Origin: Candidatus Latescibacterota bacterium
GTDB taxonomy: Bacteria; Latescibacterota; UBA2968; GCA-2709665
Reading direction: 5' to 3'
DNA: 64,000 nucleotides
Assembly: GCA_965248435.1 (NCBI GenBank)
Contig: OZ252100.1
Location: 1,760,001 to 1,824,000 of the forward strand
Shown here: in pieces, positions 48,489 through 56,975 of the stretch
Layout of the letters: every line of letters starts with the position of its first letter
Position numbering within the stretch: position 1 is the stretch's first letter
The notes under the pieces: generated by a model
Seen by the model: the letters and a program-made list of their open reading frames with translations, nothing else
Databases searched by the model: none
What the model was told of the DNA's origin: nothing
Translations under genes and position numbers: made by a program

Positions 48489-49451
48489 CTACTTAAGCAG
48501 CATCAGTTTCCGAACGGCCTTGAAGCCCTCGGTCTGCAGCCGGTAGAAGTAGACCCCACTGGCCACCTGCCGGCCAAAGGCATCCTGTCCACTCCAGCGC
48601 ATCCGATAGCGACCCGCCGCCTGCGCTTCGCTCACCAGCGTGTTCACGAGCTGTCCCATCACATTGTAGATCTCCAACCTCACCTCGGACCCCTCAGCCA
48701 GATCGTAGCTGATCGTCGTTTCGGGGTTGAACGGGTTGGGATAGTTCTGGGAGAGCGCGAACTCAGCAGGCACCAGCCGCACTTCCAGGGCCTCGTTCAT
48801 GTGTATTGGGTTCGTCAGGTGGTCCGAATCGAACAGCACGCCCTCGAAGATCTCGAACCGTGCGTCCTCGAACTCACTCGTCTTCGGACGGAAGGTCAGC
48901 ACCGCGAGCGATCCGTCGCCCGAGGCTGCCTGCCCCTCACCGATCGCGCTGGCCAGCGTGATCTGGTCCGGCCCTTCCTGATGGACCAGGAAGAGCGGAG
49001 CCGTGGCTCCTGCACTCGTCAACAGGTCGCCCTCCGGGCTCTTCGCCTCCACGAACTCATACCGGTCGGCGTCGTAGCGCACCGTCAGCCCCCAGCCCTG
49101 CACGGCCTCGGCCTGAGACAGGTCTGCACTGAGGGTAATCGCCTTGCCGATCCGTGCCTTGCCGTCCACGTTCAGGGAAAGCTCGGCGTCCCGGTTCACC
49201 CCAGGAACGCTGGCAGCCTTCACCAGCCGCCTGGGGGCGGGTGCATCTATGGCCACCCGGCCGAAGTCCTGGGTGAAAATCAGGAAGTCTGCGAAGTTCA
49301 CCTGGTCGTCTCCGTTCAGGTCTGCCCTGACATCGAACGCGGAGTCACCCAGTCGCGAGCCGAAGCTCTTGGCGACGATCAGGAAGTCGTTGAAGTCGAC
49401 CTTGGAGTCCACACCGGGCAGGATCAGCCCGCGGATCTCACCGCCGTTCGC
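48489..49451. repeat. Near-identical 3' module shared with 40868-41830
   Basis: See partner repeat. Confidence 0.93.
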
Positions 49452-52400
49452 GTCGTGATAAACGATCGGGTCATTGGAGATCGCGATCATGGCCTCGCCT
49501 TCCAGTTTCGGCTTGGCGCCCACGTGGTCCACATCGATCAGCAGCCCGTCGCTCAACGCCAATCGGGCCTCCGTGGCGCGGGCCAGCGTTCTGAAGCGGA
49601 TCGTGGCAAGCGTCCCTTCACCCGATGCGCCTACGGGTGTCCGGCCGATGATCGAATTCACGAATCCGACTTCACCTTTCAGGATCTTTCCCGACATGTT
49701 TGTGAGATAGTTCTCCAGCAAGGTCCCACTGGACATCAGGTACTCCATGGCCAGTTTCGTCTGGTCGTACTCCAGGTGCACATCATAGGTGCGTACCGCC
49801 TGTGCGCCACTCACCTTCACCGTCACGTCGAACGTCTCTCCGGCCTTAACTTCACCTTGAGGCAGGTCGGTCAGGGTATAGGTCGCCTGGGAATTATCCC
49901 GCTCTTGGGGTATCGCCCCCTTGAAGCTGGGGAATACCGGCCGGATGGTGCCGGGCGCGCCCGTATTGCTCGTCGTATTCGTTGTGGCGAAGTCCTTGTC
50001 TGTTGCGTTCACGATGGTATCCCGGTTGATGTCCGCAAAGGTGTTGTAGAGGGAATCCGATGGCGTCGTATACAACGCGTTGTTGATCGCGTTGATGTCA
50101 GGCGCCCCGATGGCGTTGTCCGGAATGTTTCTGCCACTCGCGTCGTTAAATCCGGCTGCATCGCCGGCATACAACTCGGTCAGCGTATTGCCGTCCCCGT
50201 CTTCAAATGACGAGACGGGAATAGGAACGCCGCCGACGGAACCCGGTTCCACCTCGATTACTTTCTTGGCGTTTAGGTGTCTGGGTATCGAGGCCGTGAG
50301 GACCCAGCGGCCAGAGGGTACATCGAATAGCTCATACTGGTCAATCCCTTCCATACCTATTTTCGGCGTATCCTGCACCCCGAACAGAGACGCATCGATA
50401 TCATTCAGCTCGAAGAGGGAGTCTGACACCGTCGCAAAGCCGCCCACTTCCCGCAGAAAGAAGGTCATCGTATCGGAAGAGGTCGTCGCTCTCCCCTGCA
50501 GGGGCACGGTGGGTAGCAGGGTTACCCGTTCAGTGATGTCGACGGAGGTCGCCGGCACCGGCGCCACCCCGATCTCAACGTTATTGCCGTCTCGCATCAA
50601 GGTCTCACGGCTGATTGGAGGGGGGTCGAAGTCCAAGGAGATGGTGGTGGTGATCATCGTTGGCCCCCCAAGCGGTTTAGGCTTGAGGTGTGCGGTGGCC
50701 AAAACCTTTTCGCCATCAAAGAAGGTCAGACCACTGAGTCCGGTGTACTCCAGGTCGAGACGAAGCTTACCCCCTAGCAGCATCGCATTTTGATTAAATT
50801 CTATTGGAATAATTTCCGACTCATCGCTCAGCGTGAAGGGCTGAACACCCGGTTTACCCAGATCCTGGTCGATCGCCTGAAACTTGTCGTCATCGACGGT
50901 GATGAAAATATTCACCTTCTTCACCGAACCCGTTGGATTCGTCCCATCGTCGATCACGATCGGGTACTTGATGATCTGGCCCACTCCCGTGGTGATCTTG
51001 TCCGGTACGACGAATCTTGCGTTTGATGCAGGATTTACCGGAACAGCCCCCGTGAACCTAATCCTTCCGGGGGCCCTGACCACTGGCGAACGGTTGCCGA
51101 AGTTTGTTTGCAGTGGTGATCCATCCACCGCATCAGCCACGCTTCCGTCCCGTCCGTCGTCGATCGCCAGGTAAACGTAGTATTGAGTCGGGCCAGTTTG
51201 CAGTTCTAAAGACCCGGTGGACGATGCATTCGAATAGGCATTGAAGAGGTTGTTCCGCATCCTCTCACCCACGATCACGAAAGAAGAATCCACGCCTTCA
51301 TTCAACTCGATCTCCTCCACAAGCGATCCGTCACCCGAATTGCCCACCCACAGACGATCATCATTTGCGGCGAAGTTGGTAATGGAACCCCACGTCGTGA
51401 CCTCTCCAAAGTCTGCGGACATCAACAGGATTCGAATGTTGGGGGAACTGGAGCGGTTGTTTGGGGCTGAACGCCCACCGCCGGACGGGTCCACGGCGAG
51501 TCCAGCCCCCTCGGCGTTGTCCACGTCCGAGGCCTCCCAGGAAACGAGAACCGGCTCGTCTATGGTGCCCAACATGATATCAGCAGCTGGTTCAACAGGC
51601 CTGATGGTGGGCGGGTGCAGAAAGTTGAGAGCCATAGGGGTCCCGGGTCCGCTCGGACTCGGATTGTCCTCCGTCAACGAGATCAAACGGTTGACACCGT
51701 CCTTTAGCAGAGCGTAGAGGTAGTATCGTACACCGGTGGCAGGTACTGTTCCCTGTGCATTGGAGTAACTCCACAGATCCCACAGAAACTGATTGTCGAA
51801 CTGCCCGTCCAGGTCTTCCGTGATTTGTCCGATCAAATGAGTATCGTTGTTTCCCTGGTCTCTAGAGGCTTCAAGATCCGTCCCTTGCGAATTCCCGCTC
51901 GTGTTGGCCGCACTCCCACGCACGTCGTTGAAGTCGGATCGCGTACTGTAATAGAGCTCGATCGTGGCGTCGCCGTCCAGATCGATATCTCCGTCTCTGC
52001 CTTCCTGTCCCCAGGAGATCGAGACGAATCGGGTTTCCGGACCCCGACTCAGATTCATCCCGTCCACATCAGTGACCATCTGGGAGACGTCTATGCCTGT
52101 GACTACATCCAGATCCCCATCCCCGCTCCCGTCGAAATCGTTGAGCGAAAACACGTCTATCGTAAGGTTGGGAGAATTCTTCACTCTCAATCTGGCGGGT
52201 GTCGGAGAAGTGATGAACGGATCGTTCTGCACCTGGGTGACGATGCGATGATCATCATCCCCGTCCGTTGCCACGAAGTAGACGTAATAGTCTCCCTCGG
52301 CAATCGTGTCCTGCGAGGCGAGTCTCAGGTTGAATATCCTGCTGTTGATCGTGAGTGAATCTGTGCCACCGACCTGGATCGCATTCGCCAGAGAATCAAT

Positions 52401-53771
52401 GCCTGTAACATCAAGGTCGCCCACGCCAAGACCGCTCAGGGTCGAAAGGAAAACACTCATGGCGAACCCGGCGGTTGAGTCCGCGTCCTGGGCCAGAAAG
52501 AGGAGGTCTACAGAGGTTTCAGGGTCAGGGGCGAGACCGCCGTTCACGCTGCTGAATGCATCCCCTTTCGCAAAGAACGATCCCGAATCCAGCGTGATGT
52601 CCCGGTTGTCCTTCCTGTTCGCGTCCACCGCCGCCATACCGATGATGTCGCTAGGTACCTGAATCACGCCTGTATTGTCATAGTCGTCGCCGCTGTCGTC
52701 GTCATAATCCCAGCCTACGACGACGAATTCGGGGTGGTGCGATACCTTGAGTGGACCGCTCCGTCCAAGGAACGTCCCACCGGAAAGCTTTCCGAACGTG
52801 AACGGGTCATAATTGTTCCGGTCTGGGGCTGGATCTGCAAGCACGTAGACGTAGACGAACGAACCGTCCTGAGTATTCGAAATGGAAATCACGCCATTCA
52901 AGCTGTCAGCCGCGGATGCATCGAACGTGGCCGAATAGTTTTCCCGAATGAACGTGCCCGGGATAAACCTCGGGATCTGTCGCGTACCCAGGAGAGGTCC
53001 ACTGCCGTCTGGTCTGAGTGAGAAATGCTGCTCTGGACTCTCCCCCAATGGCAGCGTGATATGTGTGGAGTCGTCCAGAACGAAAAAGCTGTAGAGTATA
53101 TCTGTGCTGGCCTCGGAAAAGCCTGCGGATGCAGACAGACCTGAAATCCCTGAATGGACCAGATCAGGCAGCGCGCCTGGGAATTCCAGTTTGAAAAAGC
53201 GCCCGGAGGAGTCGGTCGTCGCTCCGACCAAAGAATCGGGTGAATCGAACGAGATGAATCGGATAGGGGCGTTCTGGTGTCTGAAGACTTCAACGTTTGT
53301 ATTCGACTGTGTCGTCACAGACGCGAATTCCACGACATAAGCAGTGTCCTCTGCCTCCCCCTCCATCAACCCCGTAAAATTCGTCGGTGTGGTCACATCG
53401 AATTCAACGGTAATCGTCCTGCCGCTCAGACTGGTCCCGGTGATTCCGAATGCCAACTTGTCCGGGTTCGTTTGCGGCGTTCCGGCGAAAAAGGCGACGA
53501 CCCCTGAATTGTCGCTCGTAGCAGTAACTGAACTGGTCACAACAGTGAGTTCAGAGACCGCAGTGATCGTGAACGCTCGAAAATATTGAACAGCGGTGGG
53601 GCCCAACGTGATGTCGAGCCGCTGGTGATAGCGTTCTCCCAACGCAGAAGTGACTCCGTTGGGTACTGCGTTCGGCTTTAGATCGAACGTTTGAGCGGGG
53701 CTCGGGATGGGAATCGCCAGCGAGAACAAACCCGAGAGGATCGCTGTAGAAATCAGGCGATTCAATTTCAT
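48489..53771 (-). CDS. Giant secreted cohesin/dockerin surface protein B (1760 aa), paralog of 40868-46279
   Basis: Same architecture and many shared blocks (HPPEF/HHPEF, DGDLDVVTGIDVSQM, EEIELNEGVD); near-identical C-terminus. Confidence 0.85.
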   Translation of the reverse strand: MKLNRLISTAILSGLFSLAIPIPSPAQTFDLKPNAVPNGVTSALGERYHQRLDITLGPTAVQYFRAFTITAVSELTVVTSSVTATSDNSGVVAFFAGTPQTNPDKLAFGITGTSLSGRTITVEFDVTTPTNFTGLMEGEAEDTAYVVEFASVTTQSNTNVEVFRHQNAPIRFISFDSPDSLVGATTDSSGRFFKLEFPGALPDLVHSGISGLSASAGFSEASTDILYSFFVLDDSTHITLPLGESPEQHFSLRPDGSGPLLGTRQIPRFIPGTFIRENYSATFDASAADSLNGVISISNTQDGSFVYVYVLADPAPDRNNYDPFTFGKLSGGTFLGRSGPLKVSHHPEFVVVGWDYDDDSGDDYDNTGVIQVPSDIIGMAAVDANRKDNRDITLDSGSFFAKGDAFSSVNGGLAPDPETSVDLLFLAQDADSTAGFAMSVFLSTLSGLGVGDLDVTGIDSLANAIQVGGTDSLTINSRIFNLRLASQDTIAEGDYYVYFVATDGDDDHRIVTQVQNDPFITSPTPARLRVKNSPNLTIDVFSLNDFDGSGDGDLDVVTGIDVSQMVTDVDGMNLSRGPETRFVSISWGQEGRDGDIDLDGDATIELYYSTRSDFNDVRGSAANTSGNSQGTDLEASRDQGNNDTHLIGQITEDLDGQFDNQFLWDLWSYSNAQGTVPATGVRYYLYALLKDGVNRLISLTEDNPSPSGPGTPMALNFLHPPTIRPVEPAADIMLGTIDEPVLVSWEASDVDNAEGAGLAVDPSGGGRSAPNNRSSSPNIRILLMSADFGEVTTWGSITNFAANDDRLWVGNSGDGSLVEEIELNEGVDSSFVIVGERMRNNLFNAYSNASSTGSLELQTGPTQYYVYLAIDDGRDGSVADAVDGSPLQTNFGNRSPVVRAPGRIRFTGAVPVNPASNARFVVPDKITTGVGQIIKYPIVIDDGTNPTGSVKKVNIFITVDDDKFQAIDQDLGKPGVQPFTLSDESEIIPIEFNQNAMLLGGKLRLDLEYTGLSGLTFFDGEKVLATAHLKPKPLGGPTMITTTISLDFDPPPISRETLMRDGNNVEIGVAPVPATSVDITERVTLLPTVPLQGRATTSSDTMTFFLREVGGFATVSDSLFELNDIDASLFGVQDTPKIGMEGIDQYELFDVPSGRWVLTASIPRHLNAKKVIEVEPGSVGGVPIPVSSFEDGDGNTLTELYAGDAAGFNDASGRNIPDNAIGAPDINAINNALYTTPSDSLYNTFADINRDTIVNATDKDFATTNTTSNTGAPGTIRPVFPSFKGAIPQERDNSQATYTLTDLPQGEVKAGETFDVTVKVSGAQAVRTYDVHLEYDQTKLAMEYLMSSGTLLENYLTNMSGKILKGEVGFVNSIIGRTPVGASGEGTLATIRFRTLARATEARLALSDGLLIDVDHVGAKPKLEGEAMIAISNDPIVYHDANGGEIRGLILPGVDSKVDFNDFLIVAKSFGSRLGDSAFDVRADLNGDDQVNFADFLIFTQDFGRVAIDAPAPRRLVKAASVPGVNRDAELSLNVDGKARIGKAITLSADLSQAEAVQGWGLTVRYDADRYEFVEAKSPEGDLLTSAGATAPLFLVHQEGPDQITLASAIGEGQAASGDGSLAVLTFRPKTSEFEDARFEIFEGVLFDSDHLTNPIHMNEALEVRLVPAEFALSQNYPNPFNPETTISYDLAEGSEVRLEIYNVMGQLVNTLVSEAQAAGRYRMRWSGQDAFGRQVASGVYFYRLQTEGFKAVRKLMLLK

Positions 53772-54168
53772 GTCTGGTGCTCCTCACTCAGTTTGTGAAC
53801 TGAAAGACCTGACGGGCAGGGTCACCCGTACAGAGCTTTCAGCTTGACCGATGTTGCCAATCCTACTACATTCCATAGAGATAGGCAGGCACCGGCAGGG
53901 CCGGCACCTGATTGGTGAAAGACTCAGAAGATCGCGACTGCCTTCTCGGTCGTGGGTTCCTACCAGCCCACATCCGGTCTTGCGGGTTGCCTGCCAACCC
54001 GAAGAGGAATTTTCAGCCTAAGGGAGCCTTCTCCCTTTGCTGACAGATGGATCCGGGGCAGAACGGAAACAATCATCGCGTTCCCGCACCGCTGTGCGTA
54101 TACACAGGTCTCCTACCAGACCTGCTGGAGTCTTCATCTCAAGTCAATTGATCCGTTGGATCGCATAA

Positions 54169-54184
54169 AGCAAGCCCTGTACCA
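54169..54184 (-). promoter_or_regulatory. Sigma-54 promoter for the 1760-aa gene
   Basis: Minus strand TGGTAC-AGGGC-TTGCT (GG-N10-GC), about 400 bp upstream of the ATG; AT-rich IHF-like tract at 54216-54224. Confidence 0.65.
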
Positions 54185-54316
54185 CAAATGATCAGCACTC
54201 CCCTTATGCGGTGTAAAATACTTAGAAACAATATCTTCTTCTTCTGATTCCCCTCCCGTTTTCCCGCCTTTTCCAGATCAGATACTCGGAAATATTTCCC
54301 CCATCAGAAGGCCTTA

Positions 54317-56959
54317 ATGGCTCACCCGGCGCGCGCGATGCCAGTTAGAACCTCTACACCCGGGCGGATCGCTTTTCGGGCAACGCAACTTTGCGTCGCC
54401 CTCGTTCCCTTAACGATCCTCCCAGGCATCAACGAATTCACACTCCTTCCGAAGCTCCTGGTTCTACAGATCGCGCTCCTGGTTATCGCGATCGCGTGGG
54501 CATATCGCCCCGATTCCGTTCCATTCCGCGCCATTCCGGCACAACTGCCCATTTTCTTCCTCTTCCTCATGCTCTCCGCCTCTGCCTTCTGGGCCGCCAA
54601 CCACTTCAGATCGACCTTCGATCTGTCCAAGCACCTCAGCTTTCTGCTCTTCCTTCTGCTGCTCTTTCACAACCTGAGCTCAAACCGCATCATCGACATC
54701 CTGCGGGTCAGCACAATCTCAGGAGCCGTGGTCTCCATCCTTGGGATTGGAGAATACCTGGGGTTTCTTCCTGACTTGCTCCCTTCTACCGGTCGACCGA
54801 GCAGTACCTTCGGCTTCCGGAATTTGGCAGCGCAATACCTTGTGGCCAACTTGCCCCTGTCTCTGCTTTATTTTATCCGGGCCCATCGCGAGATCGACCG
54901 AGTGGTTGCAGGCGTATCCTCAGCCCTGATGTTCGTTTTTCTACTCTACACCCGCGCCAGGGGATCCTGGGTCGGTCTCTTCGCTGCAACCTTCCTGCAT
55001 TTGGCCTTATTGCTGATTTTCGCTCGCCATTTGCTGTTTGAATTCGGTAAGGTCCTTTTCAATCGACGAGTCCTGAAAGTGGCGGGGGTCGCACTCCTCT
55101 TGATCGGCCTACTGGCTCCCCTGCCCGAAGGGTTCCGTGAACGTCACCTGCAGCGTTTTGACGAAAAGAAGATAGACGTCGTGTCGACTGCCTCATCGAT
55201 CTTTAAAAGAGGAGGGGACCGGGGCCGGCTGCTCATGTGGCAGCGAACCCTCAGAATGGTCCGGGACGCCCCACTCCTCGGGGTGGGGCTGGGGAACTGG
55301 GCCTATGTTTTCCCCCTCTATACGAAGGGCGGCGGAGAAGGGATGGTTGGCGCGGGCCACAACCCCCTGCGCCCCCACAACGACCTCCTCTGGATCTGGT
55401 CCGAGGCCGGAACCCCCGCACTGCTGGCCTACCTTGCGCTCATTGGTACGGTTCTTCTCCTGGCGGTACGCATCTGGCGAAAGTCAACCGACCCACACGC
55501 GTGCATCTCCGCGCTCTGTTACAGCCTGACAGTCTGGTCCGTTGTCGGCGCCAGCTGTTTCGGCTTCCCTTGGGAACGAATTCCAGCATCGATGCTGTTC
55601 TGGCTGGCCACCGCATCGGTCGGGATCCTTGCCCGTGAGACAGGAGTCTTCCCCTCACCAGAGTATGCCCCCTCTCGAATCACACGCTGGACATGCCTTT
55701 TGATCCCAATCCTCCTGTTGGCAAGTATCTGGATCACACTCCGCCGCATTGGATTCGACTACTACCACGTAACGGCCACGATCGCCTTTGCCAAGAAAGA
55801 TCACTCGGCTAAAGTTCGAGAAGCCGCGCACGCAATTGCGTTCGGGCCTTTCGACCACCAAATCTTCATCATCCACGGAGACGGAAATCTCGCACTCGGA
55901 AATTTCGATGCTGCTGAGAGGAGCTTCAAGCGATGTCTTGATTATCACCCTAATTTTGGGAACGCCTATAACAACCTCGGATTGCTATGGGACAGGAAAG
56001 AAGAGAACGAAAAGGCCATCTTCTACTTTCGCAAGGCGCTCGATCTCGTCCCAAACCATCATATCGCACGCTACAACCTCGGCACGGTGTTTCAGAAATT
56101 GGGCCAGTTCGACAGCGCCAAGGTGGCCTACAGAGAGTCTTTCCAGCCCCATCACACCGTTCCATACGTCAACCTCGGTGGCATCTATCGCAGCCTTGGA
56201 GACACAGACAGCGCCATCGTCGTTTACAGGGAGGCCCTTGCCGGATCCGTGCCTTCAAACGAAGCCTACTTCAACCTGGGTAACATCTATGCTGAACAAA
56301 GGCGCTACGAGGAGGCCGCGGAAGCCTACAGCAATTTCCTGTCTGTTTGGAAGGGAGATCCCGAATTCTTAGAAACGGCAAGGGAAGGCTTGAGCGAGGC
56401 CAACAGCGGGATGGGGGTCCAGGCCGAACAGCGAGGGGAGAACGATAGGGCCATCGAGTATCATCAGAACGCCATCCGCTATTGGCCCGAAAACGCGCAG
56501 AACTGGTTCAATCTGGGTAACACTTATCGGAAAGAGGAGGCGTGGGACAAAGCAGAAAAGGCCTATCATAGATCATTGGCGAGAGATTCGACTTATGTCG
56601 ATGCGTACAACAACCTGGGACTGACATACAGGGACCTTGGAGACAACGACAAGGCCATTCAGACCTTCAAGAAGGGTCTGCGACAAGGACCCGACCAGCC
56701 GGTACTGCATTACAATATCGGAAATGCCTACACCGATATAGGCGATACCCTTAGCGCATTGGAAGCATACGACGCATTTCGCAGGAACTGGAAAGGAGAT
56801 ACCGCGAGGCTGCACTACTACCTGGGCAATGCGTATCTGGAAATGGACAACACACTCGGGGCGTTGGAGGAATACAGGGCGTTCCTCAAGAACTGGCAGG
56901 GAAGTCGGGCTGAAGCCGAAGCTATAGAAGCACTGGTAAGGAAGCTCGAGAAACCATAA
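54317..56959 (+). CDS. O-antigen ligase-family/TPR fusion (paralog 3, longest TPR array)
   Basis: PSSTFGFRN, TRARGSW, FDEKK, DRGRL, GVGLGNW, RPHND; many TPRs. Confidence 0.85.
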   Translation: MAHPARAMPVRTSTPGRIAFRATQLCVALVPLTILPGINEFTLLPKLLVLQIALLVIAIAWAYRPDSVPFRAIPAQLPIFFLFLMLSASAFWAANHFRSTFDLSKHLSFLLFLLLLFHNLSSNRIIDILRVSTISGAVVSILGIGEYLGFLPDLLPSTGRPSSTFGFRNLAAQYLVANLPLSLLYFIRAHREIDRVVAGVSSALMFVFLLYTRARGSWVGLFAATFLHLALLLIFARHLLFEFGKVLFNRRVLKVAGVALLLIGLLAPLPEGFRERHLQRFDEKKIDVVSTASSIFKRGGDRGRLLMWQRTLRMVRDAPLLGVGLGNWAYVFPLYTKGGGEGMVGAGHNPLRPHNDLLWIWSEAGTPALLAYLALIGTVLLLAVRIWRKSTDPHACISALCYSLTVWSVVGASCFGFPWERIPASMLFWLATASVGILARETGVFPSPEYAPSRITRWTCLLIPILLLASIWITLRRIGFDYYHVTATIAFAKKDHSAKVREAAHAIAFGPFDHQIFIIHGDGNLALGNFDAAERSFKRCLDYHPNFGNAYNNLGLLWDRKEENEKAIFYFRKALDLVPNHHIARYNLGTVFQKLGQFDSAKVAYRESFQPHHTVPYVNLGGIYRSLGDTDSAIVVYREALAGSVPSNEAYFNLGNIYAEQRRYEEAAEAYSNFLSVWKGDPEFLETAREGLSEANSGMGVQAEQRGENDRAIEYHQNAIRYWPENAQNWFNLGNTYRKEEAWDKAEKAYHRSLARDSTYVDAYNNLGLTYRDLGDNDKAIQTFKKGLRQGPDQPVLHYNIGNAYTDIGDTLSALEAYDAFRRNWKGDTARLHYYLGNAYLEMDNTLGALEEYRAFLKNWQGSRAEAEAIEALVRKLEKP

Positions 56960-56975
56960 ACTGCATATTGCGACA

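Noticed and set aside
40868-53771. Classical cellulosome
   Set aside because: No glycoside hydrolase or CBM motif recognised in these proteins or their neighbours.
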